This document shows, piece after piece, positions 9,953 through 20,892 of a stretch of 64,000 bases of DNA. Source of the stretch: a bacterium. Its GTDB lineage: Bacteria; UBA8248. The stretch is taken from assembly GCA_965200245.1 (NCBI GenBank), contig CBDATS010000004.1:96001-160000 (forward strand), in the 5' to 3' direction. Each line of letters opens with the position of its first letter. Positions within the stretch are counted from its first letter, which is position 1. Position numbers and translations under genes: made by a program. Under the pieces are notes generated by a model. It was not told where the DNA came from. It was given only the letters and a program-made list of their open reading frames with translations, and did no database searches.

Positions 9953-11343
9953 CCTGACATCTGGAGGCGGATGCCCGCGCTCTCGAGAATGCCGCGTACG
10001 CGCGCGCGTTGGGCATCGGTAATGTAGAGCCGCTCCGCGAAATCGCGGCCTGCGGGCTTGGTGGCGTCGATGCCGACTTTCGTGAGGGTATGATCCACGG
10101 GATCCGAGGTCGGGTCCAATATGGCGCCCATCGCCGCGTGGATAAAGTTGATGTCCTTGTCTGCGCGCGTTCGGGTGATGACCGCCCAGGCGACGTCGGA
10201 GAGATTGAAGATATCCACGTCTTCATCCACCACGACCACACACTTGCAGTAAAACTCCGTGCCCAGTGCCGCCATGATGGCCTGCTGGGGCTGGCCCTCG
10301 GCCGTTTTTTTCATCTGAACGATGGCCAACAGCGCGCCAGCCGTGTTCGATGGGACGTGTACGGCGGATACGCCCGGCAGGTTGCGTCTGAGCGTGTTGA
10401 GAATCTCCGCTTCACGGCTCACGCAGGAGATGAGAATGTGATCCGCCGACATGCCCGAGGCCACGCTGTGCAGCATGGCGTCTGCGCGCATCTGTACGCG
10501 CTTGACGACAAACACGTTCTGCGTGCTGCGGTAGGACGCATAGCCAGTGAACTCGCTGAAGGGTCCCTCCTCCTCGCGGACATCGTTCAGAATCTCTCCT
10601 TCCAGCACGATCTCCGCCCCCTCGGGCGCTTCCAAACCCGCCGTGCCGCATCTGGCTACGCGATAGGATTCTCCGAACAAGGCGCCGATGATCTCGTATT
10701 TCCGCACTCCCGGCGGGTAGTGATAGGCCATCGAACCCATGTAGTGCACCGGATGGATGCCGATGACGACCGCCGCAGGCAGAGGTTCGCCTGCGTCCTC
10801 GGCCTTCTTGTGGAAATGGTACATGCGCCGTCTCGAGTGCAGGGAGAGACCGAGCCTGTTCCTGCCCTTGAGTTGCAGGCGGTGGAAACCGGTCGTGTCA
10901 ACACCTGTTTCCAGGTCTCGCGCCACGATCTGGCCCGCCGTGATGTATGGAGCCGCATCCACGGGGAAATGGAACGGGATGGGCAGCTTGTAAAGATCCA
11001 CCTCGTCTTCTTCGAGCACGACTTCGCGCCAGGGAGCGTCCTCCACCACCTCCACGGACTGGTAATTCTGGCAGCGATCCTTGTACGCCGTCGGCAAATC
11101 GCCCGGCTCCACGTCGAGACAAGCCGCGAGGAGCGTCCGGTTGGCCGCAACGTTGGTGACGACCGAACCCTCGAAACCCTCCACGCGTTCGAAAACGATG
11201 ACGGGGTATCTGCCCGCGCGCTCGAACTCGAACACCGTGGGCGTTATGTCCTCCCTGCCGACGGGCTCCTTGATGCGCACCAACTCTTCAGGGTGGTTTC
11301 GCTCCACCATTGCCAGGAAACCCCGCAGGCTTTGGTCCACCAT
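9949..11343 (-). CDS. UbiD family decarboxylase
   Basis: DAAPYITAG, GFHRLQ, EGPFSEFTGY, VVVDEDVDI, KVGIDATKP. Confidence 0.92.
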   Translation of the reverse strand: MVDQSLRGFLAMVERNHPEELVRIKEPVGREDITPTVFEFERAGRYPVIVFERVEGFEGSVVTNVAANRTLLAACLDVEPGDLPTAYKDRCQNYQSVEVVEDAPWREVVLEEDEVDLYKLPIPFHFPVDAAPYITAGQIVARDLETGVDTTGFHRLQLKGRNRLGLSLHSRRRMYHFHKKAEDAGEPLPAAVVIGIHPVHYMGSMAYHYPPGVRKYEIIGALFGESYRVARCGTAGLEAPEGAEIVLEGEILNDVREEEGPFSEFTGYASYRSTQNVFVVKRVQMRADAMLHSVASGMSADHILISCVSREAEILNTLRRNLPGVSAVHVPSNTAGALLAIVQMKKTAEGQPQQAIMAALGTEFYCKCVVVVDEDVDIFNLSDVAWAVITRTRADKDINFIHAAMGAILDPTSDPVDHTLTKVGIDATKPAGRDFAERLYITDAQRARVRGILESAGIRLQMSG

Positions 11344-11354
11344 CTCGGGCGCCT

Positions 11355-12146
11355 TTACCTGGCCCAGGAGCCGCGATCCGTATAGGGATTGTCAAGAGGC
11401 GGCAAGGGGGGAGCACCGTCGCGGGGCGGCTCCTCGTCCCAGAATTCGATGGCGATAACGCGTGCGGGTGCACCCTCGGTGTCCTTGAGCTTCACCGCGC
11501 CCGTGACGAGCAGGACACGTTCTTTCTGGATGGCGCCCATGTTCGTGCACCACTCGATAAGGCATATTCCACGCTCCAGGAACTTGATATGGTTGGGACT
11601 CCAGTTCGGAGCGGGCCACTTGCGTTCCTCGGGCGGATAGAGCGGGGAGTCGCACGTCATGAAATCCTGGACGAGTGCCTTGATCCCTTTGTCGATGAGC
11701 CAATCGGCCGCGTCGGTTGAGAGATAGACCATGTGCTCCCAGAAATCGCGAGAACCCCACATGCGGTCAGTCCATTCCGTGCTGACGATGGCGATATCGC
11801 CGGGGCGCACCTCCACGCCCGTGGCTTCCAGATCCTCGGCCGTAACGGATTCGGAGTTGCCCTTGCCCGGCACCTTGATCACGCAGGCGTCGCCGCATAC
11901 GTGATCGAGGGGTAACTCGTCGTTCTTCAGCCCGTCGTGGAAAAAATGGTAGGGCGCGTCATAGTGCGTGTAGCTCTGCGTGGTCGTGGTGAAGCCGAAG
12001 TTGCAAATATGGTCCACATCCAGCGTCGCGATGGGGGTGATGGTCGTGCCCGGAGCCGGCTTGTCATAAATCTCGTCTCGCGGAAACTGAACGTAGGTGT
12101 CCTCCGGATCGACGGTAAGTGTGAGATCGACGAAGCGGTACGGCAT
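11355..12146 (-). CDS. Cyclase family (kynurenine formamidase-like) metal hydrolase
   Basis: THYDAPYHF, GAPARVIA; RBS before ATG at 12146. Confidence 0.85.
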   Translation of the reverse strand: MPYRFVDLTLTVDPEDTYVQFPRDEIYDKPAPGTTITPIATLDVDHICNFGFTTTTQSYTHYDAPYHFFHDGLKNDELPLDHVCGDACVIKVPGKGNSESVTAEDLEATGVEVRPGDIAIVSTEWTDRMWGSRDFWEHMVYLSTDAADWLIDKGIKALVQDFMTCDSPLYPPEERKWPAPNWSPNHIKFLERGICLIEWCTNMGAIQKERVLLVTGAVKLKDTEGAPARVIAIEFWDEEPPRDGAPPLPPLDNPYTDRGSWAR

Positions 12147-12306
12147 GACTTTTCCCCTGTCGGAGCAAACGGAATTTGAAATGGAAGCTCCCGCCACACA
12201 TCCCCGGATGAGCGGCGGGAGTTGAACCCTGGTTCACAAAGCGATATCTGTTCTCGCAACGTGCCTTTTCAGGCAAGGGAGCACATCCCCCGCCGATTGA
12301 GGAAAA

Positions 12307-13284
12307 CTAATTCCAGCCCTTCTCCTTGCAGTAGCGGGCCGCGCCGTCATGAAACGGTACGCCCACCTGCGCTTGCTTACAACCGGTTTTCGCCGGGTCG
12401 AAGTTCCTTAGACCCTTATGCCCCGCGCGCAAGTCCTTCACGTTGTCCAGCAGGGCTTTCACAATATTGTACGCCGCCTTGTTACTCAGGGCAGTGGAGG
12501 CGATGACCGCGGTAGTGAAGCCGAACGTGTCCTTGGGTTTCGCCTGTCCCGGAAAGGTCTTGGCCGGCAAGCTGGCTTTCAGGAAGCCGATGCCCAGGAG
12601 CTTGTCCCGGAATTTATCGGCGACGCCCAGGAATTTCAGTTTTTTCTGAACCGCAATCGAGGTGAGCGCCGGATGACCCGCGTTCACGGTGTGGCTCAGC
12701 ATATCGGCCTGGCCGTCCTTCATCCGGCTCTTGATGGCCCCGAAGCCGGTGTGCGTGACCGAACCGCCCATCTTCTTGATGGCATCATAGGTAATACCGT
12801 GCGCTTCGAGCATCGCACGTGTGGCCCACTGACCCAGTCCGCCACGCGGAACTGTGACGTAGTTCACAGGCACTTTCTTCAGGTCGAGAATGTCGTTCAC
12901 CTTGGGGTTCGTGGTGACAATCCCAAGGTAGTACTGGTCAAGGCCACCGATCAGCCCGCGCAGGTTGTTGTAGGGTTTCTTGTAGGCCACCTTGCCCTGA
13001 TACGCCCAGGACGCTGCCACACTGAAGGTGAGTCCCATGTTGAATTTGCCGGTGCCGACCAGCTTGGGGTTGCCCACGCCGCCACCTTTGGAGAGGGCGT
13101 CGATCTGAACGCCCACTTTCGCGTTGTTCACGATGTTCGCCATGGTAGCCGAGTAGACGTGCCAGCCGCTGCCTTTTTTCCAGCTGCCCATGGTGAGGCG
13201 GTCCGCCGCCTCGGCCTGAACGGCCACGAATGAGCCGATGGTCATCGCAAGAACGACAACCATTTTCCAAGGTGTACGCTTCAT
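12307..13284 (-). CDS. TAXI family TRAP solute-binding protein
   Basis: Signal peptide, GGGVGNPKLV, VPFHDGAARY. Confidence 0.88.
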   Translation of the reverse strand: MKRTPWKMVVVLAMTIGSFVAVQAEAADRLTMGSWKKGSGWHVYSATMANIVNNAKVGVQIDALSKGGGVGNPKLVGTGKFNMGLTFSVAASWAYQGKVAYKKPYNNLRGLIGGLDQYYLGIVTTNPKVNDILDLKKVPVNYVTVPRGGLGQWATRAMLEAHGITYDAIKKMGGSVTHTGFGAIKSRMKDGQADMLSHTVNAGHPALTSIAVQKKLKFLGVADKFRDKLLGIGFLKASLPAKTFPGQAKPKDTFGFTTAVIASTALSNKAAYNIVKALLDNVKDLRAGHKGLRNFDPAKTGCKQAQVGVPFHDGAARYCKEKGWN

Positions 13285-13342
13285 GCTGAAATCTCCTCTG
13301 TTGGAAATACCACGAATAGTTTCGCCTGTATTGCGTTATCCA

Positions 13343-15214
13343 CTATGAAGTCGGATCCACCAGACCCATGTCTAACGCGCCTTTCTTCGCACGCACCAGA
13401 TGCCGCCAGAAAACAATGACCAGCAATACAGAGCCGATGACGTCCGTCAGTTTCTCGGGAACGATCAGCCCCAGACAACAGATGAAGAAGACCACCCGCT
13501 CCCAACCCGCCAGGGGAATCGATATATGCCCGGTAATCGCCGCCGCCAGGGCTGCTACCCCGATAATGCAGGTGATCGACACCCAGAGCGTCTCGCCGAG
13601 CGAGCCGATGAACAGCATGGATGGATTATATACGAACGCGAAGGGAATAAGAAATCCCGCCAAAGAGAGTTGAAACGCCTTCCAGCCCGTGGCGGTCAGA
13701 TCCGATTCGGCCACGCCCGAGGCGACATAGGCCGAGAGTGCCACCGGCGGCGTCAGCATCGAGAGTATGGCGAAATAGTAGATGAACATGTGCGCCGCCA
13801 GAACGGGGAGGCCCAGCTTGAAGAGTGCAGGCCCCAGAAGCGTGCCGGCCATGATATAGGCGGCGGCTGTGGGCATTCCCATGCCCATGATGACGCAGCC
13901 GATGAGCGTGAGGCCCAATGCAGGCAGAATCATGCCGCCCGAGATATTGACGATGAGGCCCGAGAATTTGAGGCCGATTCCCGTATCGTCCACCACGCCG
14001 ACCACGACACCTGCGATAGCGCAGGGAATAGCGACGGGGACCGTCATACGACCGGCCTTCTCGAGCGCTTCGATTATCTTTTCAAACCCCATACGGGTCG
14101 ACTTCCGCACCCAACTGAGCACCACTACGCCGATGGCCGCCGAGGTGGCCGACCACATGAGCGTAAAGCCCGCGACCATGTAGCCCAAGAGCAGGATGAT
14201 CGGAAAGAGCAGGAGGCCGCGCTCCAGGAGGATGCTCTTGAGTTTGGGCATCTCGTCTTTGCTCAATCCCTTCAAGTCCAGCTTCTTCGCTTCCAGATCC
14301 ACCATAAAGAACAGCGAGACGTAGTAGATGATGGCCGGAATGGCCGCCGCACCCGCTACCCTCAAGTAAGGTGTGCCCGTCATGTCCGCCAGGATGAAGG
14401 CCCCCGCCCCCATGATGGGAGGCATGAGTTGCCCGCCTGTGGAAGCTACCGCTTCCACCGCGCCCGCGTAATGAGGGGCGAAGCCCAGGCGCTTCATCAG
14501 CGGGATGGTGAAGATGCCGGTTCCCACGACGTTCGCTGTCGCGCTTCCGCTGATGGTTCCCATAAGGCTGCTGCTCACGATTGCCGCCTTGGCCGGACCT
14601 CCTCTGAACGAACCGGTGAGCCGGATGGCCAGATCGATGAACATGCGCCCGCCGCCCGAGACCTCGAGCGCCGCCGAGAAGAGCACGAAATAGAACACCA
14701 CCTCGACGCTCACGCCCAGCGGAACGCCGAGAAGGCCCTCGACACCCAGGATTTGAAACTCGATAAACTCGGTCAACAGGATGAAGCGGTGCCCCAAGGC
14801 ACCCGGTATCAGGTGACCCAGAAAATTATAGACCAGCGCCACGACGGCGACCGAGGTAACGCCCCAGCCGAGATAACGCCTCGAGGCCTCGACGGTCAGG
14901 AGGATGTAGGCGAGACCCAGATAGATATAGCGCGGGGGCACCTCGTCCACGTCTCGGATACGTTCGTTCAGGAAATCCCATTCCCACAGGTAGAGCAGCG
15001 CGATGCACATGGCGAGGACGGTCAGGACGTAATCGACCACGCCGACGCGGCCTTCCTTGCGAAACGGCTTTGTTAAAAAAACGATACCAAGCGCGAAACT
15101 CAGGTGGAGGGGTCTGGAAGTAAAGACGTGAAGCATCCCGAAAAAAGCCCAGTAAAGCTGGATAACGGACCAGACAATGGCCAACAGAGCGACCGGGCTC
15201 AGGAAACGTTTCAT
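13343..15214 (-). CDS. TRAP transporter fused 4TM/12TM permease
   Basis: RGGPAKAAIVSS, GSATANV, STGGQLMPPIMGAGAF, GMGMPT, TPPVAL. Confidence 0.92.
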   Translation of the reverse strand: MKRFLSPVALLAIVWSVIQLYWAFFGMLHVFTSRPLHLSFALGIVFLTKPFRKEGRVGVVDYVLTVLAMCIALLYLWEWDFLNERIRDVDEVPPRYIYLGLAYILLTVEASRRYLGWGVTSVAVVALVYNFLGHLIPGALGHRFILLTEFIEFQILGVEGLLGVPLGVSVEVVFYFVLFSAALEVSGGGRMFIDLAIRLTGSFRGGPAKAAIVSSSLMGTISGSATANVVGTGIFTIPLMKRLGFAPHYAGAVEAVASTGGQLMPPIMGAGAFILADMTGTPYLRVAGAAAIPAIIYYVSLFFMVDLEAKKLDLKGLSKDEMPKLKSILLERGLLLFPIILLLGYMVAGFTLMWSATSAAIGVVVLSWVRKSTRMGFEKIIEALEKAGRMTVPVAIPCAIAGVVVGVVDDTGIGLKFSGLIVNISGGMILPALGLTLIGCVIMGMGMPTAAAYIMAGTLLGPALFKLGLPVLAAHMFIYYFAILSMLTPPVALSAYVASGVAESDLTATGWKAFQLSLAGFLIPFAFVYNPSMLFIGSLGETLWVSITCIIGVAALAAAITGHISIPLAGWERVVFFICCLGLIVPEKLTDVIGSVLLVIVFWRHLVRAKKGALDMGLVDPTS

Positions 15215-15365
15215 GGAGTTCCTGCCCTCAATTAAGACCGTTTTCACGGTCATGCGTCAGACGTTCGAGGAAGCGTCTCACATGATAATGACGAGCGCAT
15301 TGCAAGCGCACAGAATCCATACTTGTTTCGCGGGCGAATTCATCCCCCTCCATGCGGCACCCGAC

Positions 15366-16550
15366 TCACTCCGCCCACGGGCGCGTGGTCGTCGTCGTGA
15401 GGAGTTCGCATCCATCGTCCGTCACGAGCACCATCTGTTCGATGTTCGTTCCCCCCAACTCGGGCAGCACGAACTGTGGCTCCACGCAAAGCACCATGTT
15501 GCGCTCGAGCACCATCTCGTTATCGGGCCGGATGATGGGCGCCTCCACGGTTTCGAGACCGATGCCGTGCCCCGCCATGGGGAAGAGAAACTGTCCCGCC
15601 CCGTTCGCGTTGGCATCCAGAAACCGGCTCGCGGCCGCGTGAATTTCGGAAGCTCTTGCGCCCGCTCGAACCGCGCCCATCGACGTTTCTGAAGTCGCGA
15701 TGGTCAACTCGAGCATCTCCTCTACGCCCCTTTCAAGCTTCCTGCCCGGAACCACGGAGGTTCGGTTGACGTCGAACCCGTAGCCCTCCACAGCACCCAC
15801 GTAATCGAAGCGAATCAAGTCGCCCGCCTCCAGTTTTCTTTGCGTCGCCTGCGGCCAGCGCGAGCCCCAACTCGACCACGGACCACTGTGAACACGGACG
15901 TAACGCACGAAATCTGCACCTGCGCGCATGCCCGCCGCGTGACCTTCAGCGCACAAGTCGCTCTCCCGTACGCCGGGGCGGACCGCGTCGAACATGGCGG
16001 CGTAGCCCGCTTCTACGATTTCCGCCGCGCGCTTCAAATAAGCGACCTCGGTCTCGCTTTTTCTCGCGCGGAGTTGTTCCACCAGGGCGTTCGCGTTCGA
16101 GAATAGTGCATCGGGGAGTGCGGAGATCAGGTCGATATACATCGTGGCCGGCATGATGTCCTCACCGGCAACGCCCACCCGGGCGCGCTCCGCTCCCAGA
16201 CGCTTGAGTTGGTTCACCATGCCAGCGGAGATATTCGCCTCAACCTGCACCTTTTGGACGTGCACCATCTCGCGGCGATAGTTGCGATGATCCACGAAGA
16301 GGAGAGGCTCTTCTTCAATCGGCAAGACGAGCACCCCATGGCCCATTCCCCGGACCGTCTTGCTGAACGCGCCCGGAGGAAACGGCGGAAAATGGTTCGT
16401 GAGATAGGTCAGGCTCCCCATGCGATCATAAAAGGAACGCCCGATGACGAGGAGCACATCAAGTCCCGCCTCGCGCATGAGGCCACGCGCGTCCGAAATC
16501 CTCTGGCCAACTTCCTCCCGGGAAGCGCCCGTTCCGTTCTCCAGGACCAT
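15366..16550 (-). CDS. M24 (Xaa-Pro peptidase-like) metallohydrolase
   Basis: RARKSETE, D..GYGFDVNRT, GHGIGL, VEP, IEQMVLVT. Confidence 0.88.
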   Translation of the reverse strand: MVLENGTGASREEVGQRISDARGLMREAGLDVLLVIGRSFYDRMGSLTYLTNHFPPFPPGAFSKTVRGMGHGVLVLPIEEEPLLFVDHRNYRREMVHVQKVQVEANISAGMVNQLKRLGAERARVGVAGEDIMPATMYIDLISALPDALFSNANALVEQLRARKSETEVAYLKRAAEIVEAGYAAMFDAVRPGVRESDLCAEGHAAGMRAGADFVRYVRVHSGPWSSWGSRWPQATQRKLEAGDLIRFDYVGAVEGYGFDVNRTSVVPGRKLERGVEEMLELTIATSETSMGAVRAGARASEIHAAASRFLDANANGAGQFLFPMAGHGIGLETVEAPIIRPDNEMVLERNMVLCVEPQFVLPELGGTNIEQMVLVTDDGCELLTTTTTRPWAE

Positions 16551-17519
16551 CTACCTGAACCTCGGCAAGAGTTCCGAGACAAAATTCTCAAGCTGCTCTT
16601 CCTGGCTGCCGCCTGCGAAGCGAACGACAAAGACACGCGCTCCTTGCGCCGCGTATTCTCTTAGTTCCTCCTCCACGCGGTCCCCATCCCCGGCGACGAC
16701 GAGGAGTTGTTTTCGCACCTCATCGAAGGTCTTGTGGTAGTATTTCGAGAGAAATTCCCCGCATTGCGCCTCGGCCTTCGCACCGTCGGGATTGATGTTC
16801 ATCGTGACGTATAGACACTGGGGAATGCTCTTCACCTGCTCGGTCCTGCCGAATTCTTCGGCATAAGTTAGAATCTTCTCCCAGCACTGGCGGTAGAGAT
16901 CCGCCGTGATGGAGTTCGTAATCCAGCCGTCTGCGAAGCGCGCCACACGCCTCAACCCTGAATCCACCAGATTGCTCGAGAGCCAGACAGGCGGGCCACC
17001 GGTGGTTTTGGGCCTCGGTTCGAGCGTCACGCCCTCGAATGAGAAATGCTTGCCTGCATAATCCGCACGGGACTCGCGCAGGAGGAGTTTGAGTATCTCC
17101 ATGGTCTCGGAAAAACGGCGGGCGCGCTCGTTCAACGGCACGCCGATGGTCTCGAACTCGAACTTCAGGTCCGTACGACCTACACCCAGACCGGGGAGGA
17201 CGCGCCCGGGGAACATGCAATCGAGAGTGCTTATCGACTGGGCGAGCATAACCGGATGCCGGAGCACAGCCAGCATGACCGCCGTGCCCACTTGTACGCG
17301 CTCGGTGGAGGCGAGAACCGCCGCCCACGTCGTGAAACTCTCCATGCGCGGCTTGGCCAGCACGCTGTCGCCGAGCCACACGGAGTCGAGGCCCAGATGC
17401 TCAGCTTTTTTCGCCAAAGTAAATATGGGGTCGGTGTCCGGTACTTCGCCCGCCGCCGCCACGACGACGCCGCGCGTGGGCAGCAAATAGCCGAAATGAA
17501 AGTTTCCCGCCTTGCTCAT
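16551..17519 (-). CDS. LLM class oxidoreductase
   Basis: LLPTRG, DSVWLGDSVLAKPR; paralogous to 8990..9952. Confidence 0.9.
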   Translation of the reverse strand: MSKAGNFHFGYLLPTRGVVVAAAGEVPDTDPIFTLAKKAEHLGLDSVWLGDSVLAKPRMESFTTWAAVLASTERVQVGTAVMLAVLRHPVMLAQSISTLDCMFPGRVLPGLGVGRTDLKFEFETIGVPLNERARRFSETMEILKLLLRESRADYAGKHFSFEGVTLEPRPKTTGGPPVWLSSNLVDSGLRRVARFADGWITNSITADLYRQCWEKILTYAEEFGRTEQVKSIPQCLYVTMNINPDGAKAEAQCGEFLSKYYHKTFDEVRKQLLVVAGDGDRVEEELREYAAQGARVFVVRFAGGSQEEQLENFVSELLPRFR

Positions 17520-18668
17520 GGATTCAAACCCTGCCTCCTGCTCAAAAGAAAGATGTCCTCATTGAGAGGCGAACAAAATGTCAATTTGAGCACATTAGTA
17601 ACACTTTTAGAGTCCCCCCGCAAAACGCAGGCATATGAGGGGCCAATCACCAAGATTCATCTCATCTGGCGAAGCCATCACTGCGCAATGCGTCGCAATT
17701 CTCGGACGCAAGGGCAAGTTCCGGCAACGCGTCCTCTATCATCATTTCGTTCTTGATTCGCTGGTGTCCTGCTTTGCCGGGATTGCAATCCTCGGCAAGA
17801 CATCACTCGTAGCCCGCGAAACAGAACCCCGGATATATAAGGCGCGGAATATCCCGCAGAAGGAAACGATGTTCCAGGCCTGTCGCAACCGATTGGTGAT
17901 CCTGCCTCCCACAGTGTGCCTGCTTCATTTGGCGAGTTGTTTCATATAAGGAATTTGATTGCCTCTCCTTTGACACAAACAAGAGTACGGATATATGTAA
18001 TCAGACTTTGCAGGAGGTGAGGATAGGGAAAAACTTGAGAAAGTGTTTGTCAACTTTCGGTTATAATTCCCTTTCGAAGGGAAGCAACCTAAAATACCGC
18101 CGATGGCCGATCCTTATACCGGAAAGGCCATGCAAGCGTCGCTGTTTCAAGAAAAAACCCGACCAATGTCCGCCCGCCAACTATAGTCTCTCAAGCACCT
18201 TTGCAAGTGCAACATTTGAATTCTTCAGACCCTCCGTATTCTCGGCCATCGTTTCCATGGTTCGGTGGAGAGCCTTTCACAACATCCACAATAAACCTGG
18301 CAAGTTGGGAAAATAATGCCATGGAAATTGCATAATCCGCAATGTTCGGTTTTGCTCTTGTATTTTCAAACTGACCCACTACCTTGTCTTTTGGTTTGTG
18401 GTTTTTTGCGGATCCACGTGATTGCTACTTGGCGAGCGCACCACTAGAAGAGCACAGGAGTCAACTCTGCGAACCCGACAACCCTGTTCAGGCAATAGAT
18501 GTGCACCTGTCTGTTCGCAATAATGAAATAAAAAACGAGAAAAACGTCAACAAATTTCTTGCCTTTTCATCGGAATATCCCATATCCTGCTCATGACAGC
18601 GATGCAAAAAAAAACGAAAGCATCGCGGGTATCAACCCATACTCATTTCCTGAGGACAGGAGACCGAC

Positions 18669-18926
18669 ATGAAATCCATTACCGAGATGCGCAATCACCT
18701 GCTCGAGAAGGCGGAGGTCAGCGAGGAGTTCCGCGCCCGCCTGATCTCTGACCCGAAGGCCGTGATATCCGAGGAGACCGGAATCACTCTTCCGGATGAC
18801 TGCAACCTCCATGTCGTGTCGGATGACGCGGAAAACGGCTATCTGGTGCTTCCGCCTTCGCCCCGGCTCACCGAGGAACAGCTGGCGTCCGTCCAGGGCG
18901 GATATTACAATAGGATATTTGACTAG
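18669..18926 (+). CDS. NHLP (nitrile hydratase-like leader) RiPP precursor, predicted core YYNRIFD
   Basis: EEFRARLISDPKAVI, YLVLPP, LTEEQLASVQGG double-glycine site; RBS CAGGAG upstream. Confidence 0.85.
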   Translation: MKSITEMRNHLLEKAEVSEEFRARLISDPKAVISEETGITLPDDCNLHVVSDDAENGYLVLPPSPRLTEEQLASVQGGYYNRIFD

Positions 18927-19018
18927 AATGATACACCCGGCAACGCAAAAACCGGGGAATCAGGATATCAGGTCTTGCGGGATTTCAGTATGTGATTCCC
19001 CAAAATTCGGCAGGGGAC

Positions 19019-19444
19019 TCAGTCGAAATCGTGTTGATGGTGTTGCTGTTCGTGCCACACTTTGCCGAGGGCGTGAATAACGTCCTCGGCAGTGATGATC
19101 CCCAGAAGTTCCGTTGGGTCCTCCCTGCTCACGACGGGCAGTCGTGATATGCTCCTGTCGCCCAGCTTCGCCATTACCGAATCAAGCGACTGATCCAGAT
19201 GGGCGTGCATGATGTATTTCTTCTTCGCAATCTCGCTCAAGGGCCTGTGCAGAATGCCTGCAGCCTGCGCCTGGCTGAAGTCGTAGTTGCTGGCCATTCC
19301 GGAAAGTCTCCCGTTCGCGTTCAGGACGGGATAGCCGGAAATGGTGCTTCCCCTCGTTCTTTCTATCGCCTCTTGTATCGTGATGTCCTCATCCGGTGCG
19401 TCGAACATCAGTTCGGACACTACATTCGTATTGAGAATCACCAC
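19019..19444 (-). pseudogene. Chimera of a VapC/FitB PIN N-terminus (~18 aa) and a CBS-domain pair
   Basis: VILNTNVVSELM..PD followed by SGYPVL..G.LSG and ISRLPVVSREDPTELLGIITAEDV. Confidence 0.65.
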
Positions 19445-19448
19445 CGAT

Positions 19449-19694
19449 TCAATCGAAGCGGGGCGGCTCACGCATTGCCTCTCGCGACGGGAACTCCAGT
19501 TCAACACCACTGAAGGGCTTGAACAGTTCGTTGATCGCCGTGCCCAGGTCCTTCACCGGCACGTCCACCCCTCCGACGGCCTCGCGCAGAATCAGACGCG
19601 CTTCCTCTTCCATGGAGCGACCGTTCTCGGCCGCTCGTATGCGCAACCGGGTCTTCACGTCATCGTCCAGATTGCGGATCGTGATGTTTGCCAT
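19449..19694 (-). CDS. FitA-like ribbon-helix-helix antitoxin
   Basis: MANITIRNLDDDVKTRLRIRAAENGRSMEEEARLIL. Confidence 0.88.
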   Translation of the reverse strand: MANITIRNLDDDVKTRLRIRAAENGRSMEEEARLILREAVGGVDVPVKDLGTAINELFKPFSGVELEFPSREAMREPPRFD

Positions 19695-20089
19695 CGATGT
19701 CCACTCCATTTTTGCTTCATGATGCAATCATATTATCGACTTTACAAAACTACACGATACTCCGATGTGGCCCCCTGGCGCGAACCACATCTTTGAGTCA
19801 CCGACGGCCGGGCAGAGTGCGAATCATTATAACGAAATAACGGGTCAGCCTGAGCGGCATCCCCTAAGCTCACCGTGCGCGGTTTGAAGAACATTCTTAT
19901 ACACAAGTCACGAATTGAAACGTTCTTCTCGACGGGCCCACTCCTGGAAATGATGCCTGTCCCCAAAATATCTCTCACGCCCTCGACCATGGGCCTGCAG
20001 CTTTTGGTGAACATCTTGCGTGAGGTCCCATGGCTGCGACAATGATGATTTCCTGCATGGGAGGACATACCGCTGGCCCGGTGCGTGGG

Positions 20090-20257
20090 AGCGGTTACTG
20101 GGCGACCCTACCGGTCGCAGAGAGCATAGTCGATCCGAGTACATCGAGTAGCGGGTGTTCGAACAGGACCCCCCGAACCGTCGCTCAGGTTCCAGTCCGC
20201 ATCCTGGAGCAGTTTATCGATACCGGTACACGCAAATGCTTCGGTCGTACTTCTCAT
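20090..20257 (-). pseudogene. N-terminal remnant of a type I restriction enzyme R subunit
   Basis: TEAF..IDKLLQDADWNLSDG..TRIDYALCDR with an RBS; frame broken. Confidence 0.5.
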
Positions 20258-20892
20258 GTGTCCTCTCATGAGCGGAGACCTCGACGCCGAGGACATTGAG
20301 CGTCGCGCACACACGAATCTTCACGTCGTCATGGTTGCAGGTCTTGATGTCTGTCATGACCACGCTTCCAATCACCGGGAAACCCAATCTACGCGGTGCT
20401 TGCGGCGCCATCAATATCCAGCAAACGAACGTGCCTGACGAAGTTGGTCACCACAACGACTTGATCACACCGACGGTCGCCAGCGGAATACGTTCGGGCG
20501 AACAGTGACCATCAATACAGAATACAGTTGATTCAATTCCGGCGAAATTTTCCGGGCCAGGCTGAAAGTCGTCCAGATACCGGGATTTCGGTCCTTATTC
20601 GCGTTCAGAATGGCGTCGCCCACCCGTAGGAGAACATCGGATACAGAAACCTCATCAGATGCGTCGGGGACGCCGTCGTCTGTCAGGAGTTTCACGAACA
20701 GGAGAATATACGCTTAACCAGCCAAGGTCCGTTTCTGCCTTGTTTTTGCAAACTTGAATCGGGCTTCTTTACAGCAGAGAAGATCGCGCGGATAACCTGC
20801 TCCGGTGATGTGTTGAATCTTCGGAAGTCGACCTCGAGAGCGAACAGGAGTTGATCTCTGCTTGTCCGGCATGATGTTTCCAGGCGACAGCT

